Positions 1-7,530 of a stretch of 19,253 nt of DNA are shown here, one piece after another (positions within the stretch are counted from its first letter, which is position 1; every line of letters starts with the position of its first letter). This DNA is from Acidobacteriota bacterium. Lineage in GTDB: Bacteria; Acidobacteriota; Vicinamibacteria; Vicinamibacterales; JAFNAJ01. The notes below the pieces were generated by a model that was not told the origin of the DNA, ran no database searches, and worked only from the letters and a program-made list of their open reading frames with translations. The stretch lies in contig JAFNAJ010000009.1 in NCBI GenBank assembly GCA_017860085.1, positions 1-19,253 of the forward strand, given 5' to 3'. The position numbers and the translations under genes were made by a program.

Positions 1-1
1 T

Positions 2-1084
2 CGTGGACGCGAGGCGTGGGCCGCAGGCGAGGGCCTGCCGCTGACTCCCGCCCCGAGGGTCGTTCGGCTCGACAGCAACGAAAACCCGAACGGGCCGGGA
101 CCTCGTGCGCTGGAGGCCATTCGTGGTGGTTTCGACGACGTGCCGCGGTATCCACACCGGACCGTCAAGTCGCTCGTCGAGACCGTGGCGCAGACCATCG
201 GCGTCGGCGCCGACCACGTCTGGCTGGGGTGTGGGTCGACCGAGATCCTGCACCTGGCGGTGCTGGCGTTCACGTCAGCTGACCGCGCGCTGGTGGCTGG
301 CGTCCCGACCTTCGAGAATCCGGTCCGCACGGCGTCGCGGATTGGGCGGCGGGTTGTCGAGGTCCCAGTGGATGCGGGGCTTCGTCTCGACCTCGACGCG
401 ATCGGCCGGCAGGCTGCCGGGGCGGGGCTCGTGTTCCTCTGCAATCCCAACAATCCGACCGGCACCGTGATCGGGGCCCCGACCATCGCCGACTTCGTCG
501 GGCGTGTCATCAAGGCGTCGCCGGAGACGATCATCCTGCTCGACGAGGCGTACCACGAGTACGTCGACGAGCCCGCCTACGCGACGGCGATCCCGCTCGC
601 GATGCAGCACCGACAGGTCGTGGTCAGCCGGACCTTCTCGAAGGTCTTCGGGATGGCGGGGCTGAGGGTTGGCTATGCAGTCGGTCACCCTGAGACGCTC
701 CAGCGGATGAGCGCCTGGGCATTCGGGCAGAACATCAACATGCTCGCCCAGCGCGCGGCGGCCGCGGTCGTCGCCGATGCCGCGCTCATCGAGCGCGAAC
801 GCCAGCGCAACCGCGACGCGCGCGACTTCACCTGCCGGGCCTTCGAGTCGATGGGGTTCGCGCCTGGCGATCCGCAGACCAATTTCGTCTTTGTCGACCT
901 CAAGCGCGACGTCGACGCCTTCCGCCGCGCGTGCCTCGAGCAAGGGATCGCGGTCGGACGCCTGTTCCCACCGCTGACATCTTACGCGCGCATCTCGATC
1001 GGCACGATGGACGAGATGCGACAGGCGGTCGACGTGTTCCGCAAGGTCCTGGGTACGAGTACGTCGCTGGCAGGTGCACGTTGA
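2..1084 (+). CDS. hisC: Histidinol-phosphate aminotransferase-like class I/II (PLP) aminotransferase, 5' partial (reading frame open to the window edge)
   Basis: The frame-2 translation runs from position 2 with no stop (RGREAWAAGEGLPLTPAPRVVRLDSNENPNGPGPRALEAI...), so the GTG at 140 in the ORF track is not the true start. HisC-type motifs are present: LDSNENPxGPGP near the N-terminus, LCNPNNPTG, and the PLP-lysine box SRTFSKVFGMAGLRVGYAVG. The stop TGA is at 1082-1084. Confidence 0.75.
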   Translation, partial: RGREAWAAGEGLPLTPAPRVVRLDSNENPNGPGPRALEAIRGGFDDVPRYPHRTVKSLVETVAQTIGVGADHVWLGCGSTEILHLAVLAFTSADRALVAGVPTFENPVRTASRIGRRVVEVPVDAGLRLDLDAIGRQAAGAGLVFLCNPNNPTGTVIGAPTIADFVGRVIKASPETIILLDEAYHEYVDEPAYATAIPLAMQHRQVVVSRTFSKVFGMAGLRVGYAVGHPETLQRMSAWAFGQNINMLAQRAAAAVVADAALIERERQRNRDARDFTCRAFESMGFAPGDPQTNFVFVDLKRDVDAFRRACLEQGIAVGRLFPPLTSYARISIGTMDEMRQAVDVFRKVLGTSTSLAGAR

Positions 1085-1119
1085 ACCCCAGGCCGTCGTG
1101 CGCCGTTGGAGGGCGAGCC

Positions 1120-2613
1120 ATGCGCCATCGGGGGTTCCAATCAGTCGGGACGTTGCTGACGCTTCTCGTGTCCGTGTTGCTGGTCACCCCGATTCCGGCG
1201 ACGGGCGGCGATGTCCAGGACGACCTCAAGGCACGCCGCGCCCGACTGATGGAACGGCTCGGCGGCGACACGTTGTTCGTGGCCTTCAGCGCACCGCTGC
1301 AGGTGTACTCCCGCGACGTTGAGTACGAGTACCGGCAGGACAGCAACCTCTGGTACCTGGCGGGGACCGACCAGGAAGAGACGATCCTCGTCTTGATGCC
1401 CGGCAACTCCGCCCGGCGCGAGATTCTCTTCATCAGCGAGCCCAACCCGAGGCGCGAGCACTGGAATGGCCATCTGCTGACGAAGTCGGAGGCGCGTGCG
1501 CTCACGGGCATCGACACCGTCTACTACACCACCGAGTTCGAGCCGTTTGTCACGGCCCTCATGAACGGGCAGCCGTTCGACACACCGCGGCAGGCGGTGG
1601 CGACCGACTTCGACGCGTATCTGGCGGCCGTGGGGCGCGGACAGGCCAGGGTGTCGCTGCTGTTCGGGCGACGTCCCGCGCCGTCCGCCGAGTTGCCCGC
1701 TATCTACGAGTTTGCCCGGCGCATGCGTGACCGCTTCGTCGGCGCAACCATGGTCGACGCCACACCCCTCGTCGAAGGACTGCGCCAGGTGAAGACCCCG
1801 TATGAACAACAGGTCCTCCGGCGCAGCCTCGAGATTTCGAGCGATGCCCATCGTGCGGGCATGCAGGCGGCGGTGCCCGGCGCGTACGAGTACGAAGTGG
1901 AGGCGGCCATCGAGCGGGCCTATCTGGCCAACGGCGCGATGAGTCCCGGCTATCCGTCGATCGTCGGCAGTGGTCCCAACGCCACGGTGCTGCACTACAA
2001 CAAGTCGAGCCGCCAGATGCAAGCCGGCGACCTGCTGCTCGTCGATGCGGCCGCCAACTACAAGGGTCTCACCGGGGACATCACGCGTACCTATCCCGTT
2101 TCGGGACGGTTCACCGACGCCCAGAAGGACATCTACCGTGTCGTGCTCGACGCCCAGGCAGCCGGGATGCGCGCCGTTCGGGCCGGGGGCTATCCCGCCG
2201 ACGTCGAGCAGGCCGTGGCGAGTGCCGTGAGGGACGGCCTGCTGCGCCTGGGGCTGATCACCGATGCTTCAGGCGATCAGTTCCGCACGTGGTACACGCA
2301 CGGCGTGTGTCACTTCATCGGCATGGACGTGCACGATGCCGGCGACTACAAGCGGCCCTTTGAACCCGGTGTGGCATTTGTCATCGAGCCCGGCGTCTAC
2401 ATCCGGGAGGCGGCGCTCGAGATGCTGCCCGACACACCGGAGAACCGGGCGTTCATCGCGGCCGTGCGTCCGACCGTGCAGCGGTACCGCGACATCGGCA
2501 TCCGCGTCGAGGACTCGTTCCTCTTGACCGCCCAGGGGCTCGTGACGCTGTCCGACGTGCCGAGGACCATCGAGGACATCGAGCGGTTCATGGCCCGGCC
2601 AGCCGCGCGGTAG
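1120..2613 (+). CDS. pepP: Secreted Xaa-Pro aminopeptidase, M24B family with an N-terminal AMP_N domain
   Basis: ATG at 1120 follows GGAGGG (1106-1111). The N-terminus MRHRGFQSVGTLLTLLVSVLLVTPIPATGG looks like a signal peptide. The M24 metal-ligand context is present: HYNKSS...DLLLVDAAANYKGLTGDITRTYPV (D, D), HGVCHFIGMDVHD (H), AFVIEPGVY (E), IRVEDSF (E). The 931 start of the ORF track overlaps hisC and is rejected in favour of 1120. Confidence 0.8.
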   Translation: MRHRGFQSVGTLLTLLVSVLLVTPIPATGGDVQDDLKARRARLMERLGGDTLFVAFSAPLQVYSRDVEYEYRQDSNLWYLAGTDQEETILVLMPGNSARREILFISEPNPRREHWNGHLLTKSEARALTGIDTVYYTTEFEPFVTALMNGQPFDTPRQAVATDFDAYLAAVGRGQARVSLLFGRRPAPSAELPAIYEFARRMRDRFVGATMVDATPLVEGLRQVKTPYEQQVLRRSLEISSDAHRAGMQAAVPGAYEYEVEAAIERAYLANGAMSPGYPSIVGSGPNATVLHYNKSSRQMQAGDLLLVDAAANYKGLTGDITRTYPVSGRFTDAQKDIYRVVLDAQAAGMRAVRAGGYPADVEQAVASAVRDGLLRLGLITDASGDQFRTWYTHGVCHFIGMDVHDAGDYKRPFEPGVAFVIEPGVYIREAALEMLPDTPENRAFIAAVRPTVQRYRDIGIRVEDSFLLTAQGLVTLSDVPRTIEDIERFMARPAAR

Positions 2614-2633
2614 CGACCGGAGCACACCGTTCC

Positions 2634-2662
2634 TTGACTGCGGCAAGGTCGTGGGATAGCGT
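2634..2662 (+). promoter_or_regulatory. Candidate sigma70-type promoter upstream of the BNR/Sortilin-like gene (TTGACT-17 nt-TAGCGT)
   Basis: TTGACT at 2634-2639, then 17 nt, then TAGCGT at 2657-2662, in the 138-nt intergenic region before the ATG at 2752. The -10 is weak and this is pattern only. Confidence 0.2.
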
Positions 2663-2751
2663 TCCGCCGCCCCCGCCCCTCGTGCCCTCATCGGACGACG
2701 AACGTTTGCCGGCCCGAGCAGCCGACCACCCTCGAACGAGGAGAAGAAACG

Positions 2752-5700
2752 ATGATGGTGTGCCATCGCTCCGTGTCTCTCGTGACGACCTCGGCGCTGC
2801 TGGCTGTCACACTCGCCAGCGCCTCGGCTGCGCCTGACCAGGCGGCCGCCCAGGGGGCCAGCCAGGCCCGCCCGTCCGCCGCCGCGTCGAGCAGCCGCGA
2901 CGCCGCACGCGGCGCGGCGATAGCCACCCTGAAGTTCCGGGAGATCGGCCCAGCGGTGATGGGCGGTCGCGTTGACGATGTCGCGGTCGTCGAGTCGAAT
3001 CCCTCGATCGTCTACGTGGGCACCGCTTCCGGCGGCGTGTGGAAGACCGTCAACGCCGGAACGACGTGGACGCCCGTGTTCGACAACGAGGCCGTCTCGA
3101 CGATCGGCGACATCACCGTCGCCCCCTCCGACCCGTCAATCGTGTGGGTGGGCACGGGCGAGCCCAACAACCGCCAGAGTTCGTCGTGGGGCAACGGCGT
3201 GTACAAGTCCACCGACGGCGGTCAAACCTGGCGGCACCTGGGTCTCGCGGAGACCCACCACATCGGCCGAATCGTCATCCACCCGACGAATCCCGACGTC
3301 GTCTACGTGGCGGCCCTTGGCCGGCTCTGGGGGGCCAACAAGGAGCGGGGCGTTTTCAAGACAACCGACGGGGGCCAGACCTGGAAGCACGTGCTGTTCA
3401 TCAGCCAGGACACGGGCGTGGTTGACGTCGCGATGGATCCAGTGAGTCCAGAGACGGTATATGCGGCGGCGTACCAGCGTCGACGCACGGTGTTTGGTTT
3501 CGTTGGCAGCGGCCCAGACGGCGGCCTTTACAAGACAACCGACGGGGGGGCGTCGTGGAAGAAGGTCACGCCTCAGCCGGAGGCAAGCCCCGAGAAGGCG
3601 GACCGGCAGGAGATTGGGCGCATCGGCGTCGCCGTCTACCGGCGCGACCCCCGCATTGTCTACGCCCTGGTCGAACACGCCAACGGCGGGATCTTCCGCT
3701 CGGAAGACCGCGGTGAAACCTGGGTGCGAATGAGCGACACGAACCCGCGCCCGATGTACTACAGCAAGGTCCACGTCGATCCCACCAATGACCAGCGCAT
3801 CTGGGTATTGGGGGCGCAGATGTTCTATTCGGAGGACGGGGGGAAGACGTTCATGTCGAACCTGGTCCAGCGCATCCACGGCGATTACCACGCCATGTGG
3901 ATCAACCCGGCGAACGCCAGTCACATGGTCGTCGGATCGGACGGCGGGGTGCACTGGAGCCACGACCGCGGTCGCACGTGGGACTTCGTGAACACGATCG
4001 CCATCGGCCAGTTCTACGAAATCGGACTCGACATGCGCGAACCCTACTACGTGTGCGGCGGGCTGCAAGACAACAACACGTGGTGCGGGCCGTCGGCGTC
4101 GATGGACCCCCGGGGCATTGCCAACAGCGAGTGGTTCGCCGTGGGTGGCGGCGACGGGTTCTACGCCCAGGTGGATCCCAACGACCCGATGACCGTCTAC
4201 GCGGAGTCGCAGGACGGCAACGTGCTGCGCCGAAACCTGTCCACGGGCGAGTCGCGCAGCATCCGTCCGCAGCCTGCCGAGGGCGACGCACCGTATCGCT
4301 TCCAGTGGAACTCGCCGATCGTCATCTCGGCGTTCGACTCCAGGACGATCTACTACGGGGGGAACTTCGTCTTCAAATCGACCGACCGGGGCGACTCGTG
4401 GACGCGAATCAGCCCCGACCTGACGACCCTGGTCGACCGCAACACGCTGGCCGTTCTGGGCCGAGTGCCCGATCGGCAGACACGGTCCCGGCACGATGGC
4501 GTCCGACACTACCCGGCCATCACGACCCTGGCGGAGTCGCCGCTCAGCGCGCAGGTCGTCTGGGCCGGGACCGACGACGGCAACCTGCAGGTGACACGGG
4601 ACGGAGGCGCGTCGTGGCGAAACGTGGTCGGGTCGGTGCCGGGACTGCCGAAGGGCACCTACGTGAGTCGTGTCGTTGCGTCACGGCACGCGGAAGGCAG
4701 GGCCTACGCGACCTTCGACGGCCATCGCAGCGACGACTTCAGCATCTACGCGTATGTGACTGACGACTATGGGGCCACGTGGCGGAAGATCACCGCGGGC
4801 ATCCCCGACGACAAGGGGGTGCTCAACGTGATCCGTGAGCACCCGAGGAATCCCGACCTGTTGTTTGCCGGTGGGGAGTACGGCGCCTATGTGAGCTTCG
4901 ATCGCGGGGTGGCGTGGACGAGGCTGCGGCTCAATCTGCCAACGGTGCCTGTCGATGACATCGCCGTCCACCCTCGGGACAACGACCTCGTGCTGGCGAC
5001 GCACGGGCGATCGATTTGGATCCTCGATGACATCGCCCCGCTGGCCGAGTTGACCGACGCGGTCCTGGCCGCTGACCTCCACCTGTTCACCATCCGTCCA
5101 GCGATCCAGTGGCGGACCCGGTCGCCCGGCGGGTCGACGGGACACAAGATGTTCTTCGGCGAGAACCCGCCGGGCGGCATCATCGTGAACTACCACCTGG
5201 GCGCCAAGCCTGCCGAGGGGCAGGGGGTGAAGATCGTGATCGCCGATGGAGCCGGCAAGACCGTCCGCGAGCTCGATGGCACGTCGGACATCGGCGTCAA
5301 TCGCGTCGTGTGGGACATGCGGATGGCATCGCCGATCCCGCCGGCGCCTGGCGGGCGCGGTGCAGGAGGCGGAGCCGGAGGTGGGTTCTTCGGCGGGGCG
5401 GTCGGTCCTCGGGTCGATCCTGGCGCGTACACGGTGACGGTGAGCGCAGGCTCGGCCAGTGCCAGGGGCACCGCCGTCGTGCGAGACGATCCCCGTGTGA
5501 CGATGACCGACGCCGATCGCGCGGCCCGGTGGGCCGTGCTCAACCAGCTGATGCCCAAGGCGGGACCGCTCGTGACCGCCCAGCGAACGATCACCGAGCT
5601 GCGGACCACCGTGGCTTCGCGTCTCGAGGCGTGGAAGCGGCCGGGTCCGGGTCGGCCACCCGAGAACGTGCAGAAGGCCGGCGAGGCGCTGCTCCAGAAG

Positions 5701-6024
5701 ATCGACGCCATCTATGCCAGCTTCGCGACGCCGCCATCGGAGGCGCTGGGCCTGGGAGACGCCGGGCCGCCGCTCGTCGAGCGGCCCACGCCGTATCCGA
5801 ATCGGATGCTGATGCTCTATGGACAGGTGGCCAACTACAGCGGGCCGCCAACGGCGTGGCAGCGTGAGGAGGCGACGCTACTCGCGGCCAAGGCCGACGA
5901 ACTCGTCGCCGCGGTGCAGGGCCTGGTGCAGACGGACCTTGCGGCGCTCAACAGGCTGATGAACGAGTCGGGCGTTCCACACATCAGCCCGCCGGTGATT
6001 GGCGGCGGACGCCCGAGGCGCTGA
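2752..6024 (+). CDS. Secreted BNR/Asp-box repeat protein, Sortilin/VPS10-like (double beta-propeller), 1090 aa
   Basis: RBS GAGGAG at 2738-2743, 8 nt before ATG 2752 (a second ATG is at 2755). The N-terminus has a signal peptide (VSLVTTSALLAVTLASASAAPDQAAAQ). At least 10 Asp-box motifs (S/T-x-D-x-G-x-T/S-W) are present: KSTDGGQTWRH, KTTDGGQTWKH, KTTDGGASWKK, RSEDRGETWVR, SEDGGKTF, SHDRGRTWDF, KSTDRGDSWTR, TRDGGASWRN, TDDYGATWRK, FDRGVAWTR. A Gly-rich insert (PAPGGRGAGGGAGGGFFGGAVGP) is encoded near 5340-5410. Confidence 0.75.
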   Translation: MMVCHRSVSLVTTSALLAVTLASASAAPDQAAAQGASQARPSAAASSSRDAARGAAIATLKFREIGPAVMGGRVDDVAVVESNPSIVYVGTASGGVWKTVNAGTTWTPVFDNEAVSTIGDITVAPSDPSIVWVGTGEPNNRQSSSWGNGVYKSTDGGQTWRHLGLAETHHIGRIVIHPTNPDVVYVAALGRLWGANKERGVFKTTDGGQTWKHVLFISQDTGVVDVAMDPVSPETVYAAAYQRRRTVFGFVGSGPDGGLYKTTDGGASWKKVTPQPEASPEKADRQEIGRIGVAVYRRDPRIVYALVEHANGGIFRSEDRGETWVRMSDTNPRPMYYSKVHVDPTNDQRIWVLGAQMFYSEDGGKTFMSNLVQRIHGDYHAMWINPANASHMVVGSDGGVHWSHDRGRTWDFVNTIAIGQFYEIGLDMREPYYVCGGLQDNNTWCGPSASMDPRGIANSEWFAVGGGDGFYAQVDPNDPMTVYAESQDGNVLRRNLSTGESRSIRPQPAEGDAPYRFQWNSPIVISAFDSRTIYYGGNFVFKSTDRGDSWTRISPDLTTLVDRNTLAVLGRVPDRQTRSRHDGVRHYPAITTLAESPLSAQVVWAGTDDGNLQVTRDGGASWRNVVGSVPGLPKGTYVSRVVASRHAEGRAYATFDGHRSDDFSIYAYVTDDYGATWRKITAGIPDDKGVLNVIREHPRNPDLLFAGGEYGAYVSFDRGVAWTRLRLNLPTVPVDDIAVHPRDNDLVLATHGRSIWILDDIAPLAELTDAVLAADLHLFTIRPAIQWRTRSPGGSTGHKMFFGENPPGGIIVNYHLGAKPAEGQGVKIVIADGAGKTVRELDGTSDIGVNRVVWDMRMASPIPPAPGGRGAGGGAGGGFFGGAVGPRVDPGAYTVTVSAGSASARGTAVVRDDPRVTMTDADRAARWAVLNQLMPKAGPLVTAQRTITELRTTVASRLEAWKRPGPGRPPENVQKAGEALLQKIDAIYASFATPPSEALGLGDAGPPLVERPTPYPNRMLMLYGQVANYSGPPTAWQREEATLLAAKADELVAAVQGLVQTDLAALNRLMNESGVPHISPPVIGGGRPRR

Positions 6025-6343
6025 CCGCAGCGACCACCTCGGCGACCGCGCGGCGGTAGCGGACCCCGCGCTCGGTCGGGAAGCGGCGCAGCCCCTCGGC
6101 TCGCAGCCGGGGGGCGTGATGTCGCTCGTAGGCGGCGAAGTCCTCGCGCGTGGCGAAGTGGTATCGCGCCTCGCCGCGGTAGACGGTGCGCCCACCGCTC
6201 GAGACGCTGTCGAGGGCGATAGCCTCGGCGTCTGTCGCCCCCGACGCGCAGACATCCGCGAGGTGGCCGTTCTTGAGCCAGTCGAGCCACTGCTTCAGCA
6301 ACTCCGCATCGTCGAACTCGGCGACGACGGTGTACGCGATCAT
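5984..6343 (-). CDS. DUF4286-family small protein (function unknown)
   Basis: MIAYTVVAEFDDAELLKQWLDWLKNGHLADV...FAAYERHHAPRLRAEGLRRFPTE matches the remembered DUF4286 pattern (MIIYN.T..V......EWL.WM...HIPEV...F..Y...FAPKL.AE). Its ATG (6343..6341) overlaps the TGA of the upstream hemerythrin gene (6342..6340) as ATGA. Its 3' end overlaps the convergent BNR gene by 41 nt. Confidence 0.5.
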   Translation of the reverse strand: MIAYTVVAEFDDAELLKQWLDWLKNGHLADVCASGATDAEAIALDSVSSGGRTVYRGEARYHFATREDFAAYERHHAPRLRAEGLRRFPTERGVRYRRAVAEVVAAVSASGVRRQSPAG

Positions 6344-6798
6344 TGCGACGGCCCCGCACCCTCCAAGTGGCTGAGAAACGCGCGGTCCTGCCCCTCGATG
6401 TGCTTCGTGAGCCAGGTTCGAACCGACTCGATGAAGGCGAGCGTCGGCCGGGAGTGCCCGGCGTCCACGCGATCCTGGAGCGCCTGTGCCTGTTCGAGCA
6501 GGTGATCGTGCTCGAGCGCGTGCGCCTCGTAGCCCGGATAGGCCGTCAGCCGCATCAGCATCTGCTCCGACATGAAGTGCACGGTGGTGTGTTCGATGAG
6601 TTGCGTCAGGATCTCGTTGATGCGGTTGGGGCCAAGGTCGCGTCGAACCGCGTCTTCGAGGGCACCGAGCAAGGCCATCTCGACCCGGTGTTCGGCCTCG
6701 ACTGTCGAGCGACCCTCCGCTTGGGCGAGCACCCAGCCGGACTGTTCCTCAGGGAACTGGGGCGATTCGGGCATAGGAGCGCCAGAGACTCCCAGCAT
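6340..6798 (-). CDS. Hemerythrin-like (bacteriohemerythrin HHE cation-binding) protein
   Basis: H/E ligand motifs are spaced as in hemerythrins: EAEHRVEMALL, HTTVHFMSEQ, HALEHDHLLEQ, and the signature WLTKHIEGQDRAF. The ORF is open to 6876. The start is chosen at the ATG at 6798 (M27). An alternative ATG lies at 6774 (M35). Neither has a clear SD. Confidence 0.7.
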   Translation of the reverse strand: MLGVSGAPMPESPQFPEEQSGWVLAQAEGRSTVEAEHRVEMALLGALEDAVRRDLGPNRINEILTQLIEHTTVHFMSEQMLMRLTAYPGYEAHALEHDHLLEQAQALQDRVDAGHSRPTLAFIESVRTWLTKHIEGQDRAFLSHLEGAGPSQ

Positions 6799-6946
6799 TC
6801 TACGAGATTCGCGCAGCAAGGTCGATGCCGGCAGCGCCACGGCGCTGCGACCTGACGCGCACACGCCCGGGCGCACACGCGCTTACAGATTCCGGCCTCC
6901 GCTGCCGAGAAGGGAGGCCCTGCGGGGCCAGGCACTGGCTCAAATG

Positions 6947-6971
6947 GCCGCCGTTGATTACAATAGGCGGC
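6947..6971 (+). promoter_or_regulatory. AT-rich promoter-like island (TTGATT / TACAAT) bracketed by a GCCGCC/GGCGGC inverted repeat, upstream of the kinase gene
   Basis: GCCGCC (6947-6952), then gttgattacaata, then GGCGGC (6966-6971). TACAAT at 6959-6964 lies 17 nt before ATG 6981. It is the only AT-rich 13-mer in a very GC-rich divergent intergenic region (6877-6980). Confidence 0.25.
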
Positions 6972-6980
6972 ACCTCGGCC

Positions 6981-7448
6981 ATGTCAGATTCGTGCGAGTT
7001 CAACCCTGATGATCTGGTCGTCACCTTCGACCGCGTGTTCCCTGCGGACGCGGAGGAGATTGACGGCGTGGTCGAGTCGGTGATGTCGACCGTGGGCCGG
7101 ATGGGATGTGCCGACGGACGTGAGCACGACATCGAGCTCGCCCTTCGCGAGGCCCTGGCCAACGCCATCAGGCACGGGTGCAAGAACGATCCCTCGAAGC
7201 AGGTGCAGTGCATGGTGGCGTGTGACCAGCAGCGGGGGATACTCGTCGTCGTGCGGGACAGCGGTGAGGGCTTCGACCCCGCCGCCGTGCCCAGCCCGCT
7301 CGTCGGCGAGAACGTCTTTCGCCATCATGGCCGCGGCATCTACCTGATCAACCAGTTGATGGACGAGGTCAGGTTCGAAAAAGGGGGGACCGAGATCCAC
7401 ATGCGCAAGCGTGGGCCCCTGGCGCCCCTGTCCGACGACCAATCCTGA
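6981..7448 (+). CDS. RsbW/SpoIIAB-like anti-sigma regulatory factor (HATPase_c_2 serine protein kinase)
   Basis: The protein is 155 aa. It carries the N-box ELALREALANAIRHG, the G1 box VVRDSGEGFD, and the G2 region HGRGIYLINQLMDEV. Size and motifs are typical of partner-switching kinases. The ATG at 6981 is chosen over the upstream in-frame extension of the ORF track. Confidence 0.7.
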   Translation: MSDSCEFNPDDLVVTFDRVFPADAEEIDGVVESVMSTVGRMGCADGREHDIELALREALANAIRHGCKNDPSKQVQCMVACDQQRGILVVVRDSGEGFDPAAVPSPLVGENVFRHHGRGIYLINQLMDEVRFEKGGTEIHMRKRGPLAPLSDDQS

Positions 7449-7530
7449 CTGACGCCGCCCCGCGCAGGCCGGCCACCTCGGCCGCGAACGCCGACCCGCT
7501 CATCCTCGTCTCAGGTGTGAGGGTGCCGCC

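Noticed and set aside
140-1084. GTG at 140 as the start of the aminotransferase
   Set aside because: The same frame is open back to position 2 and encodes the conserved N-terminal LDSNENPxGP motif, so the gene begins upstream of the window.
1141-2022. Antisense ORFs opposite recognised genes (1141..2022, 3136..4509, 8719..9714, 10857..11999, 14642..15985, 16782..17282, 17596..18426, 5999..6505, 6343..6855)
   Set aside because: Their translations are Arg/Ala/Pro/Gly-rich with no recognisable motifs, and each lies opposite a gene with clear domain signatures. These are typical shadow ORFs of high-GC DNA.
931-2613. Long N-terminal extension (start 931) of the aminopeptidase ORF
   Set aside because: It overlaps the 3' 150 nt of hisC. 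The internal ATG at 1120 has a GGAGGG RBS and begins a typical signal peptide.
2616-2646. Short inverted repeat CCTTG-n7-CAAGG after the pepP stop as a terminator
   Set aside because: It has only a 5-bp stem and no downstream T-run. It overlaps the better-supported TTGACT -35 candidate.
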